From the IMG/VR virus record IMGVR_UViG_3300027774_000001, positions 1 through 51,315 of that record: DNA of 51,315 nt. One strand, given 5' to 3'. This DNA comes from a virus. Its lineage: Duplodnaviria > Caudoviricetes. The position numbers were made by a program, and so were the translations under genes. Below the pieces are notes generated by a model that saw nothing but the letters and a program-made list of their open reading frames with translations, did not search any database and was not told the DNA's origin. Of the stretch, positions 9,901 to 20,800 are shown piece by piece; the first letter of the stretch is position 1; each line of letters begins with the position of its first letter.

Positions 9901-12900
9901 GAGTTTGCAGCACCTTTACTTGCTAATCTTTCTGGGTCAATGATACCCGCAACAATGTTAGAAGCATCAATGTTTGTTGATGTTAACTGTGTCCAGTTTG
10001 CAGCGTTAGATGCAGATGTATTGATAACTCTGGAAAGGTCAATGATTCTCTTCCTTGCCATGTTACCACTATTGGTTCCACTAGAAGGTGAAGTTACAGA
10101 ATACTGATTAGAGTTAATAAGTGATATGGTGTAGAAACCATCAGACGCACCACCACTTGTAAAGTCAATAAACGCTAGTGCAGCGTTAGATAAACCGTGT
10201 GAGTTTTCAGTGATAGTAATTGTAGTGCCACTTTGACTGTAAGTACCTGTGCCTTCATTGACTAAACCTTGATCTAGTATAAAGTCACCCGCGTCAAACT
10301 TAATATTATTTGCAATCGCAATACTTACACGTGCTTCTATTTGTGCAACAACAATCGCTGTAGTTCCAGATGACACTGCTGCTTGAACAGTTGGTTGAGT
10401 GTAGTAACCTTTACCACCATTTGTGATAGTAACTTTAGTTACTGATCCGTTAACAACGTTTGCTGTAGCAACTGCTTGAACACCATTTACTGTGTCATCA
10501 GGTGCAGAGATTGTAAGAGGGAAGTCTCCAGTGTAACTATCACCCGCATTTGAGATTACGAAGTTGAATATTGTTCCATCATTGTAATCACTTACAGTAC
10601 CACGAGCAGTTGTAGAACTACCAACAATAATATCACCATTGCTAAATGTAAATGCATTGTTGGGAGTAAATGCTAAGAACTGAGATTCTAAATCATTCTC
10701 AAGAATATATGATATTGCAACACCCTGTGTCTTGAACTGATGAGTTCCAGAACCTTGAGATAATAAATCAATTGCTTGTCCACCACTAGCATTAGATTCA
10801 GTAGTAGCAAGTTTGATGGTATTGTCATCTACCTTAATAACATAGTAATCTACACCAGTTCCTAATCCACCTATTGCAGATGTTCCTTGTGTATATGTTA
10901 ATAGATCACCAGTATTGGTTCCATGTGATGCAATTGTAATCTGATCATTAGATGTATTGACTGATGCAGATGCAACGTTGAATGTTGTTGCTGTTGTTTC
11001 AATCGCAATGTCACCCGCGTTAGCATCTTCGATAGCAAGTCTCTCTGCTGTAGATGCAACAGATGTAATATTAAATGGACGTAATGCAGGAATCTGGTCA
11101 ATGTTAATCTTACCAGATGATGTTAACTGAACAAGAGCAGATGGAACTGCGTTTGTAGAGTATGGTTGGTTGAGGTAAGGTCCTAAGTTGTTTGAAATAT
11201 AATCTCTAACTGATGCCTGTGTAGGTAGTAAACTATCGGATGCAAATGTTCCACCTAAGTTATCATCTTGTGAGAATCCTGTAATTGTGATGTCACCACC
11301 AACAATCTTAATAGATGATAGTTCAGAGATACTAACTGTTCCAACGAAACTGATAGCACCAGTTCTGTTGAAGATCGTAACAAAGTTACCAACTTTAAAG
11401 TCACCAAACTCGTTAGTTCCTGATGTATAAACTTGTCCGAATGATTGTTCTGCTGCCTCAAATGCAGTTCCCTGTCCAACACCACCGTTCTGTGGTAACG
11501 CAGCGTAGGTATTACCTGATCCTGCATATTCCCAAGTGTGTGATGATGAGTTAACAACAGATGGTCTGTGGAATCTAATTGTCTTATTAAGAAGATTGCT
11601 TAATGGTAAACTTCCTGCAGCAAATGATGGATCATTACTTGATTGATAACGGTTACTTCCATCAGAGAAGTCCATTGCACGGTTAGTTGTTATCTTAGCA
11701 ACAATCTGTGTGCCAGGTGTACCAGAAATAACTTCTGTTTCTAGAATAATGTGCTCAACAGCAGGGTCGGAAGATGTGTAACCATCAATCTTGATGATAT
11801 AATCTTCAATAGGTATACCTGTTAGTGTTGTACCAGATACCTGTATAACCTGTCTTCCTGTAGGAACTCCATTACCATCCGTGTCATCTGTAATAGAATC
11901 AATAACACCAACGTCAAATGAATATGCCTCTGCCCTAAATCCTGTTGCTCTTAGAGCAAATGTTCCGAAGTTAGATGCTGAGTTAGTAACTGATGCATAA
12001 CCACCAGACTGACATAAGATACCATCTTGACAGAAGATAGCAAACACTGACACCAACTGGGTGTAACCATCATTGGTGACGTTATATGCAGTACCACCAA
12101 AACATATAATGGTGAATGCGTTCGCAACCATGGATTTACCCTGTGGGTCAAACTGTGCAACAGTAGCACCTTGTGCATTCTGTTTTAAGCCAGGTCTAGG
12201 AACGTTAGGTGTAGCAACTTTAGCACCGTCAATCTCACAACCAGAACCACCAAGGAATGATATAAGTGAAGAGTTCTGGATATATGGTGATGCTTCAATA
12301 ACTGGAAGATCTAGGAATGTACTTACAAGTGGGAATGAATATTTGCTTTGATCTTGTTCTGTAATCAGAGGATCAGGATTTGTTACTGTTCCACCATACG
12401 CATTACCACTAGACAATACGTTATCAAGAATACCCCAGTTTGTAACTAATGCAGATACAACGTTAGCACACTCAGGTGCGGATGAGTCTACAGTAATAGA
12501 ACCATTTGATCTAGGTGCTATTTGTGAGAATTGTCCCACTTCTAAATTATTTCTTATTGCGTCTATTGCTAATTCTTTTGCTGCAGCAAATATTGCACGG
12601 GTATATGTGACTTCAGTTGCAACGTGTTGAACACCACTAGCACCAGAAATGTATAAGTTTGCTGCCTCGACAATCTTAGAGTTACCGCCATAACGCAAGT
12701 CATACTGGAATGCTCTGGTAATCTTAACAACGTCATCAATACATTGTTGATCGCCAGGTGCAGTTGTTCTTGTTACACCTGATACAGATCCTGCTGTAGT
12801 ACCACTTCCTAACGCTGTTGTAACAGTGTCAAAGAAGGTTGTAATTGATGAGATAACGTTTGCACAAGAAGGAGTTGTTGCAACTGTTCTAGTCGCATGT

Positions 12901-15900
12901 GACATGTTATCGTTAGCGATAGCAGTGTCAATAATTGTGAAGAATCCATCTACTAGATTTGATTCTACAGATGTTCCTTTATTGACGTTATCAGTAACCT
13001 GAGTAAATCCATGATTACCCTCTACTGTAACAGTTTGACTCTCTAAAACTTGTTTTGCAATTGTGTTGACTAATGCAAATACAGCACGTGATTCTGTCTC
13101 CTCTCCATCTAAGAAAGTAGAGTTTGTATATAATTCAGCAGCATCATAAACTTGCTCGTTACCACCATATGCTAGGTTGTATACAACAGTACGTAATACA
13201 TCTAGAGCGTCATCAATACAGTTTTGATTTCCGCCAGGCACATTATGTGATGGGTTATCTATGTTGTATTGTTGAACTGCCTCAAATGCAATGAACTCAA
13301 GGTTCTTTTGTATAAGAGTTGCAGCGTCACGACGAACTGTTCCTGCACCTGTGTCTAAGGTTGCATTATGATAATACTGTAATTTTGTAGCATAGGTTGA
13401 TCTGTATATTGGTAGATTTCTTCCTGCTAAGATACAAGCATCTTTTGCATTGTTGAATACCTCTACGTAACGATCTCTAGTTAATGAGAAACCAGGATCA
13501 ATATAGAATTTTGCTTGATCGTATACTCTATCATTACCACCCCACTTGAGGTTATGTGCTACACATTTTTGTATAAAGTCTCTGACGTCATCGTAACATG
13601 CTGTGCTTCCTGTGGGAATAGTATAACCACTATTATTAGCAAGCATCTTATTGACTGCATAGTCTGCAATCATGTCTGCGTTACCAAATAGTAACTCAGC
13701 AACATCACCATACTTGTTATCTTGTGGAAGACTGTTAGGTGTTCTAAATGGTTTTTGTAGATCTGTAAATGTACCGCCAGTTCCAGATTGTCCTGCAGCA
13801 GCAGTTGACCCAAGATCTATTGAGAACTCTCTGTCATCATAAATGTCTGCAAGACCATGAGTTCCATTTACAGTAGCGTTACCAGATCCTGTAATAGTTA
13901 CTTGAGATGTTAATGCTTTTTTAACTGAGTTAGTTCCTGCACTTACAAAGTAATGTGTTGAGGTATCAGATGATATACCAACATCAACGGTAAATGTATT
14001 GGTTGTTTTTGATTTAATTTTTAACCACTTATCAAATGCAGGGTCACCACCTCTAGGATAAGGATGTTGTGTTGCACGAGAGTCGGTGTCGCACTCCATT
14101 ACGATTGCACCCGCATCAAACTTAATTAGATCTCCTACTTGGAATCCATGACCATTGATAGTTACTACAAAGTTACCGTTGCCAGGTGTGTACGATGCAT
14201 TGGTAGGTGTGTGTTGACTGAAACTAGGATATAAGTTATGTCCTTTCTGAATCTTGATTGTTGCAGTTTCACCACTTACTGACCATTCTGTAATGCTCCT
14301 TGCTACTGTATCTGAGGTTTGTCCAAAGTTTGTTCCACCAATAGTAAGTGCGTTATTACGAGTAAGGGATGATTCATAATAATATTTGACATATGCTGTT
14401 GCTTCCTGTGCAATAAACTCTTGGTTATTCTTAATATTTTCAGCACCATCTCTAAATCTGTCATCTTGATTGATGGCAGTAAATCCATAAGGTGAGTTAC
14501 GTAGAGATGCTAGAACATAGTTGTTAGAACCAACAACAGACTGGTCACCAGTTGGGTTAATAGAAGCACCAATCTCGGATATGTTTGCTCTTACAACAAA
14601 CTGTAGTGAGAAACCGTCAGCACGTTCTATACGATGTGTAATATATTTTCTACCATTAAGATCTTCTAAGTTGTTAAGAATAGAGACGCCAGTTCCAGAA
14701 GATGTTGTTACATCACTAGCAGTATCAATATTTGCTTGCTTTAAGACAAATGTGATTGTAGTATTAGAACTATTGTATCTTGCATGACCTAAACCTAAAT
14801 CTGAGTTATTAGGTAATGTTGGAGTACCAGACCCTACAGTAAATGAATTGATGTGATATGTTTTACTGAATCTAGAATCCGCACCAGTAAAGTTAAATGT
14901 GATACCAGCTTCACCTAGTGTCTGCCAATTTCCAAACAGTGCACTAGTAAGAGAGTTATCTACACCTGTAACTGTAACGGTGATTAAACCACCACTGATA
15001 GTGTAACTGCTGTTAGTAGATGTACCAAAATTTAAAGCACTATTTTGGAAACCGTAGATATTAACTTCTTGTCCAACTTCATAATCATGGAAATCAGATG
15101 ATGCAGCAGAAGTTGCTAAAGTAAAGATAGGACCGTTATAGGTTGCTATAGTGTTTAATGAAGTGTCAATAGTAGTAATTGACAATAATTTATTCTGTAA
15201 ATCAAATCTATGGAATCCTTTTCCTGCAGATGTTAGAGGTAATGTTACTGGATTGTCAGCACCTGATGCATCTTTTTGAGTTGCGTTAGCAGCAGATGAT
15301 GCAAGTCTAAACCAGTTATTACTTTCTTTGTATACAAAGTATGCAGTACCGTCAACAAGACCACCGATGCCACCCATCTTGCTTTCACGATAGACAACAC
15401 CATCTCCAGTTATAAACTGATGATTTGTAACATAGATGTGATTGTCTTCAAACATCACATTACCAGTTGTCAACTGGTGGAACTTAGTATCAGGAGACAC
15501 ACCTGTAAGATCTTTTTTACCCTGAGTTATGCTAGTGTTAGCAATAGCATTTACCTCTAGATCGTATAATTCAATAGTATCGTTATCTACCTTTCTTACC
15601 CAATAACGTGTGCCATCAATTAAACCTGGCAATGGATTTGTATTCTCATCCTTTTCATACAATACGTTATCACCAGTTACAAAACCGTGTGCAGTAATTG
15701 TAATTCTATCTGTTGTTGTATCAACTCTTGTAGAGTCAGCAGAGAAAGATACTGTTTCTCTCTCACTGTCAATAGTGTGCTGATAGATCTGGTTAGAGAT
15801 TGTCTCAAGTTCTGGTCTTAATGACTCAGCATCTACAACGTCAAATCTTTGTGACACACTAGGATTATTAATGTCAGTAATAATATTTGCTGCTACAGCA

Positions 15901-17273
15901 TCATAGAATATTTTCTCAGCGTCTTGGAATACATCATTTACACCAGATGTAACCAATATTGTCACACTACCAGTTGAGTATGGTGATGCTACAGGACCTG
16001 TGAAATTGACTCCTTGAATTGTACCGAGTGTACCAGATGATCCACCTTGTACAAAGTAACCTACTTGTAAGGTTGTATTATTACCTGTGTGGTTGTTAAA
16101 TGTAACACTAAAGATGTTATCACCACGGAATTTATCGCCAGGTACTGAAGGAATTTGTTCTACTTCTGGTTCGTAATATAATCTTTGTTTGTCATCGAAC
16201 ACAAACGCAAATTTCCAAGTATGAATTACTGTACTTTGTGGGTCTGATGCGTTCTGTAATGCGTCTCTGAATACAACACCGAAGATGTATGTTTCGTTAG
16301 ACGCCTTGATCATGTGACGATCTTGGTTAGCTGGTCTAAGAATTACTCGTCTTAAGTTGTCACCAACAAGTGAACAGTTTCTAGGTAGTGATATTGGGTT
16401 ATCTTCTAGATACTCACCACCAGATACAATAATAGTTACGTATTCATCACTTGCATCAGGTGTTGCTTTCTGCAAACCATATGCAATCTGTGCTGCTTTC
16501 TTAACAGTTTTTACTGGTCTTGCAGCTGAACGACCATCATTTTCATCACTACCGATAGTTTGTGATACATATACACGACCACCAGTGTCATTAGTAGCAA
16601 CTTTATATACAAAGTCAGTGGTAGCAACCCTTCTAGACTGATCACTTAGAGGTGGTGTGTCCGCTTGTGGGAAGAATGTTGTGCCAAAAGTAGGACTTGT
16701 GACGTCTGTATCTTCAAAGTTGACAAGGTTTGGAGCACGAAGATTCAACGCAGGGTTGATGATCGTGTCAATATCAAGGTTTGTAACCTGTGCAGTATCA
16801 GAAATGATAGAACGAGTCGTTCTAATCTGTCCTTCTACGTCTAGCTCAAACTGAGGATCGTTAGTATTGATACCAACCCTAACGTTTTCCTGTGCATTTT
16901 TATCAATGTATATTGCATCTTTCTCTAGAGAACCAGTTCCTACTGAGATTTCTAGTGTCTCATCTCCTTGAATACTTAATGAACGAACTCTTTTATATGC
17001 TAGAGTCGCACCCGCTGTAATTACACTATTTGCTGAACCTACAAAACTTAAATTATCATCATCTACCTTAGTTACTACATACTCTCCATCTACCTCACCA
17101 CCACTTGTGAAGTCAATGTAAAATTTATCTGTCCCTACAATACCATGAGCAACCGAAACGATATTACCCACACCCGCTGCAGTTCTACTGTACGTGGCGT
17201 TAGTCCAATTTCCTGTCGCTTTAGTCCCGCTAGCTTCAATTCGCTGTTGGTCAGTATTAATCTGAAAACTCAT
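6933..17273 (-). CDS. Giant modular tail fibre/virion structural protein (3446 aa)
   Basis: Contains a split pectin-lyase-like beta-helix (VYVS..GSD.NDG....P..TV..A; SPYIQNSS), HG-containing beta repeats, helical C-x-DD...YGGN modules, G.GY repeats, four L(N/D)xDxLDG-type fibre repeats and a C-terminal MSAGPITI...GGSWSVV motif. AAGGA RBS upstream. Confidence 0.85.
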   Translation of the reverse strand: MSFQINTDQQRIEASGTKATGNWTNATYSRTAAGVGNIVSVAHGIVGTDKFYIDFTSGGEVDGEYVVTKVDDDNLSFVGSANSVITAGATLAYKRVRSLSIQGDETLEISVGTGSLEKDAIYIDKNAQENVRVGINTNDPQFELDVEGQIRTTRSIISDTAQVTNLDIDTIINPALNLRAPNLVNFEDTDVTSPTFGTTFFPQADTPPLSDQSRRVATTDFVYKVATNDTGGRVYVSQTIGSDENDGRSAARPVKTVKKAAQIAYGLQKATPDASDEYVTIIVSGGEYLEDNPISLPRNCSLVGDNLRRVILRPANQDRHMIKASNETYIFGVVFRDALQNASDPQSTVIHTWKFAFVFDDKQRLYYEPEVEQIPSVPGDKFRGDNIFSVTFNNHTGNNTTLQVGYFVQGGSSGTLGTIQGVNFTGPVASPYSTGSVTILVTSGVNDVFQDAEKIFYDAVAANIITDINNPSVSQRFDVVDAESLRPELETISNQIYQHTIDSERETVSFSADSTRVDTTTDRITITAHGFVTGDNVLYEKDENTNPLPGLIDGTRYWVRKVDNDTIELYDLEVNAIANTSITQGKKDLTGVSPDTKFHQLTTGNVMFEDNHIYVTNHQFITGDGVVYRESKMGGIGGLVDGTAYFVYKESNNWFRLASSAANATQKDASGADNPVTLPLTSAGKGFHRFDLQNKLLSITTIDTSLNTIATYNGPIFTLATSAASSDFHDYEVGQEVNIYGFQNSALNFGTSTNSSYTISGGLITVTVTGVDNSLTSALFGNWQTLGEAGITFNFTGADSRFSKTYHINSFTVGSGTPTLPNNSDLGLGHARYNSSNTTITFVLKQANIDTASDVTTSSGTGVSILNNLEDLNGRKYITHRIERADGFSLQFVVRANISEIGASINPTGDQSVVGSNNYVLASLRNSPYGFTAINQDDRFRDGAENIKNNQEFIAQEATAYVKYYYESSLTRNNALTIGGTNFGQTSDTVARSITEWSVSGETATIKIQKGHNLYPSFSQHTPTNASYTPGNGNFVVTINGHGFQVGDLIKFDAGAIVMECDTDSRATQHPYPRGGDPAFDKWLKIKSKTTNTFTVDVGISSDTSTHYFVSAGTNSVKKALTSQVTITGSGNATVNGTHGLADIYDDREFSIDLGSTAAAGQSGTGGTFTDLQKPFRTPNSLPQDNKYGDVAELLFGNADMIADYAVNKMLANNSGYTIPTGSTACYDDVRDFIQKCVAHNLKWGGNDRVYDQAKFYIDPGFSLTRDRYVEVFNNAKDACILAGRNLPIYRSTYATKLQYYHNATLDTGAGTVRRDAATLIQKNLEFIAFEAVQQYNIDNPSHNVPGGNQNCIDDALDVLRTVVYNLAYGGNEQVYDAAELYTNSTFLDGEETESRAVFALVNTIAKQVLESQTVTVEGNHGFTQVTDNVNKGTSVESNLVDGFFTIIDTAIANDNMSHATRTVATTPSCANVISSITTFFDTVTTALGSGTTAGSVSGVTRTTAPGDQQCIDDVVKITRAFQYDLRYGGNSKIVEAANLYISGASGVQHVATEVTYTRAIFAAAKELAIDAIRNNLEVGQFSQIAPRSNGSITVDSSAPECANVVSALVTNWGILDNVLSSGNAYGGTVTNPDPLITEQDQSKYSFPLVSTFLDLPVIEASPYIQNSSLISFLGGSGCEIDGAKVATPNVPRPGLKQNAQGATVAQFDPQGKSMVANAFTIICFGGTAYNVTNDGYTQLVSVFAIFCQDGILCQSGGYASVTNSASNFGTFALRATGFRAEAYSFDVGVIDSITDDTDGNGVPTGRQVIQVSGTTLTGIPIEDYIIKIDGYTSSDPAVEHIILETEVISGTPGTQIVAKITTNRAMDFSDGSNRYQSSNDPSFAAGSLPLSNLLNKTIRFHRPSVVNSSSHTWEYAGSGNTYAALPQNGGVGQGTAFEAAEQSFGQVYTSGTNEFGDFKVGNFVTIFNRTGAISFVGTVSISELSSIKIVGGDITITGFSQDDNLGGTFASDSLLPTQASVRDYISNNLGPYLNQPYSTNAVPSALVQLTSSGKINIDQIPALRPFNITSVASTAERLAIEDANAGDIAIETTATTFNVASASVNTSNDQITIASHGTNTGDLLTYTQGTSAIGGLGTGVDYYVIKVDDNTIKLATTESNASGGQAIDLLSQGSGTHQFKTQGVAISYILENDLESQFLAFTPNNAFTFSNGDIIVGSSTTARGTVSDYNDGTIFNFVISNAGDSYTGDFPLTISAPDDTVNGVQAVATANVVNGSVTKVTITNGGKGYYTQPTVQAAVSSGTTAIVVAQIEARVSIAIANNIKFDAGDFILDQGLVNEGTGTYSQSGTTITITENSHGLSNAALAFIDFTSGGASDGFYTISLINSNQYSVTSPSSGTNSGNMARKRIIDLSRVINTSASNAANWTQLTSTNIDASNIVAGIIDPERLASKGAANSFSFLRGDSSWEYALQAIRATTQDAMVIGGSLSDSSYIDTITITNGGTGYTNGTYQNIPMDGGNISISSDNVARATYIVSGGTITSATVTDSGTGYTGDFSVVIPSELGGGNGAILAANKGTINRYYGNIEVDIRKGNNLTASSSVYGNYGVFRFRKDVTNQAVGNQDQGGFIIDNNGNVSIDQGAGSELNADKLDGNDGSFYQTANNIVFGTLDPARLANTTYNISISGTADTANRIFNETASLTSNPAPAAAANGVAAALRNNSADGLNDGGSTHGVVTYRREATGNASTQLGFTDNNNLYIRGNGGGLAVYSNWFKIWSESNQGAGSGLDSDKMDGKQGLWYQTGYNIGDTRGGITAPIGDMFLPEVLGQNKMVFENFFVNDTGNKFTLYIPDFHCNSGVGGNINNGGTYTIYSDVGATNNIGSIVVDSSGGVQELTHSTGEIYSLVTGTIAFVGNNTNANIYVFGPNPGTKWTVSSSNKISGGSSTIIGLRDNANGAKLQIGKATVSTTPTIDFRSSGQAPNYDVQMIVSGGNGTDGNGTIRFNAADFTFNGNTVWHSGNDGISSQLDAHYLDGYVQSAGATGNTIARRDSSGHLYVNDLHGDQGFFTNNGAGTLSLADGNGITLGKSATNTLAIQGKNSSSEGFIRFGSDSKYFGYSGTYMYYGTSATNTTLVMRGESVGIGNQANNPSTLLHLYSDSGSTAELRITAGTSSTNNNADPQIRFTGQANSTSEGFLMRYDNSVGDFYFDQVYTGLANSSAAIRFRVDTNGTPIEGMHLRGDGGVTIKEVLRTEKQISSSIATGTAPISVTSTTVCPNLNADLLDGYTALGLPYLQGRVNVWIQDDGGQDRFYFSNNSHTYFRTGDAYFFRSDNDTGIGSLTGSGTWTIYSGSDQSQTTYGIQVNQLNGININASEGLSSGQKSTVLRAGGDKLWIDTYGVFRRNRNSVNENISVNNGDNCMSAGPITINNGVTITVNNGGSWSVV

Positions 17274-17288
17274 TTCGTTCCTTAAAGG

Positions 17289-17822
17289 TTATGTAACAAC
17301 GGTTAATTCTAAATTCCCAACCCACTTAACTGTAGATGAGGTTGTCACACTTGATACTTGGAAAGTAAAGAATGGTGACCCACCGATTGTTATAGCTGCG
17401 GGAACTACATTCCAAGTTTCCTGACCTGGTGGATTGTTCCTAACAATTATCTTCCTTTCAGAAGCAACTGTAGGAGTTCCAGTAGATGAGGTAGTAATTA
17501 CAAGGTCAAATTTTACTGCATAAACATATATATTGGTCGTTGTCTCTTGCCCAAATATAGTTCCACTTGCAAAAGCAACGGAGTCGTTTGCTAATGGTGG
17601 TGTGTTTCCTGCAAGAGGTGTTGTACCATCTAATGATAACTGCTGTGTGTTATTAGCAGCATCGGTTTGCCTTTTAAGAATAAAGATATCTTTGTTTGCA
17701 TCGGTGAAATGATCACTCACCATGTGCATTGCTGAGATGTTTTTCAGAGCTCTGGAAGTATTCAATACTTCAGTAGAATCTACTGCGTATCCTCCTATAG
17801 ATGAAAAATTCTTAATCGGCAT
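17289..17822 (-). CDS. Hypothetical virion structural protein
   Basis: 177-aa beta-rich ORF directly downstream of a late promoter, between two giant fibre genes. Confidence 0.7.
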   Translation of the reverse strand: MPIKNFSSIGGYAVDSTEVLNTSRALKNISAMHMVSDHFTDANKDIFILKRQTDAANNTQQLSLDGTTPLAGNTPPLANDSVAFASGTIFGQETTTNIYVYAVKFDLVITTSSTGTPTVASERKIIVRNNPPGQETWNVVPAAITIGGSPFFTFQVSSVTTSSTVKWVGNLELTVVT

Positions 17823-17843
17823 GGTCTTAGATTACCTAGATGT

Positions 17844-17851
17844 TATTTATA
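17844..17851 (-). promoter_or_regulatory. T4 late promoter TATAAATA
   Basis: Exact consensus; overlaps the TAA stop (17847-17849) of the upstream gene and lies about 22 nt before the ATG at 17822. Confidence 0.7.
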
Positions 17852-20800
17852 CCTTGACCTTAGTAGTTGTGAATCTACCAGTGAAGTTTGATGATGATGT
17901 AGCAGCACTAGATTTTGCTAGTGAGATAGTCACGTTACTACCGACAACACTAATCGTCGCATCCATCAAATTATTGTCAGAAGTTACTGAGTTAGTGACT
18001 GTAGAATGTGCAGTAGTTCCGTTAGATGCACATACAGTTGTAACCTCAAGCATGTGAACTTTATTGTCATCACTCTCGATGGTTATGAGTGTCTTTGCTC
18101 CTTTATATTCATTTCTATCGAATTGAATAATAGATGAAGTTGATGGGAACGATGCTAACTGACCACCTTCTACACGACAGTCATCCAACTCCATGAATGT
18201 TGCAGTAGAATCAAATACTGTCAAATAACTTTCTGTATTTGTTGCCCAACCTCTATTAATCTTCCATGCTGTCTCTGATCCATTAGCATCTATAGCAAGG
18301 AATGACTTACCATCTGTTCTAGTTACAAAATCCTGAGCAACAATATCCATTCTAGCGAATGGTGCTGATGGACTACTGATAGTTGCAACTGGGAATGATA
18401 TGTCATCGGTAACTGGAGTTCCACCTATTAAGTTTCCTGCAATTGTGATAATCTCACCAACCTCATATCCAGTTCCACCAGATACGATTGTTACAGTTGA
18501 TATACCACCACTTCCATTAGTAACAACAGTGAATGTTGCTCCTGTTCCTTCAAAGTTTGATGTGGATGCTACAGCAGTATATGTTGCTGATGCTCCATAA
18601 TTATTTCCATTAGATGTTACTGATCCTATAGTTGCTACGACACCCTGTTGTGGAACTTGTCTAAGTCTTAAACCAGATGTAGCACCATCACATATCTCAA
18701 AATCTTTCTTATCTCTAAACTTAGCAATAGATGTTCCACCACGTTGGATATCTACTGGGTCTTGAGATGATGTAACACCATCAATTCTTAAAGTTCCTTG
18801 AACATCAAATGTTTTAGCAGATCTAAGTATAAACTTACTTTGAGATATACTTAATGAATTAACACCAGTATTAAAGAATTCAAATGTGTCTTCGTCAGCA
18901 CCAGGCGATGACTCGGTTAATACAAATGTATCTTGGTCAACGTCACGAACACCACCAAGAGATACAAAGTCATTTCCATTGAAACCTTCAAACTGTAACT
19001 GTGTGGTATTAAATCTGATAGCACCTGTAATACGATCTAATGTATTAGGACGTTGGTTTGTAGTTCCTGCAGGAATTACAAGAGATCCAGTTGTGTCACA
19101 TAATACATCGAACCCTCCGCCTGGTTTCAATACAACACCAGAACCATCTATGTCACTAACTGTAACTGATACACCTGTACCACCACCCACTGCAGCGATT
19201 GTAATTGTATCTCCAACTTTATAATTTTGACCCTTATCATATACAACAACTGATGAGAATGTTCCAGATGCAACGGTTACATCAACTGTCAATCCAGTTC
19301 CACTTCCACCTGTAGTTGCAGTTTGTGTGTATGCTCCATCTGTATATCCAGATCCAGTTCCTGTGACTGACAATGTAAGAACCTGACCAAATGATCTAGT
19401 TGATGTTGCACTATTATTGCTTACAACGTTTTGTCTAATACGTAACTTACCCGCATCTAAGTTTCCTAAGAATGTGGCAGTTCCTGTTCCAGTATCTATT
19501 GATACAACATCTGATGTTCCATCTGTAATCTTGAAGTCAACGTTTGCACCACCTTTAAATGTAAAGTCTCCTTCACCTTTGGTGTCAAAATTAAGTGGTA
19601 CGTTAATATCTGATCCACCTGTACCAATGGTATTTGTACCATCAATGAATAGATTAGATGTAGCACTTCCTAATTCTAATTTGCTTGTAGCGGTATCAAC
19701 TACAAAGAATGGATTTGTTTCAGTTATATCTGAGTCAAGTTTTAATCCTGTAAAGTATAAACCACTAGAATCTATTTTACCTGTTTGGGTTCCTGCAATA
19801 CTAACACCAACAATATCTGCACCTTCTCTGAATAAACCAGTTGAGGTGGAGTTATCAAATGATATACTAGGTGCTGCAGCACTTCCATCTGTAACTTTTA
19901 GAGATGTTTGTGCTATTGAACTGGTTCCACCAGATATTTGAACACCCGCACTTGCAGTGAATACTCCAGAAACACCAAGAGTATCACCAACTGAAAGTCC
20001 TTGAGTTACCGATACATTACCACTAAATGCTCCAGTTACCGCTGTAATAACACCAGAAGAACTTACGTTCCAGTTTGGTGTTTGTAACTGTCCATTTTTG
20101 TTTATAGTTACTTGTTCAGCAGCAGTTGCACCTAATGTTAATAGACCTTCTTGACTTAATTCTAATCCTTTCTCGGATGCAATACTTGCAATGCTAAGAG
20201 CTAATCCATTTCCTTGAACAGAACCAGGTGATCCAACTTCTCCTATTATTAATGTATCTGCTAATTCGTAAGCACCACCTGGATCACCAACTGATACTGC
20301 AGTTGCAAAACCAACAGCATTAATTGTAAATTGGAATCCACCTCCACCTCCACCACCAACTGTGGAGTCATCAACACTCAATACCTCTCCTACAAGGTAA
20401 CCTTCACCAGTTAACGATATGTTTGTAACAGATGATACACCTGTATTGTTTGATTGTAAAGTATACTCGAATCCACTACCAGTACCGCCAATATCATCTT
20501 GATCTGCTACTAATGTATGTCCTACTGAATAATTACCGCCAGTTCCCTGTGAAGAAATCTCAACAACAGTTACTGAACCACCCGCAATGGTAATGTTTGC
20601 TGACATACCAACACCAGATTGTCCTGCAGTACCTGTAGTGTATGTAATTACACCACCCTCACCCATGACAGTTCCATGAACTGTACATTGATATGTGCCT
20701 GATGATGTAGTAGAGGATACAGAACCAACAACTACCTCAAAATATGAACCAGCTGTACCTGGCGTTCTATATTGTCTAGTTGTAATTCCTTGTGCAGCAC

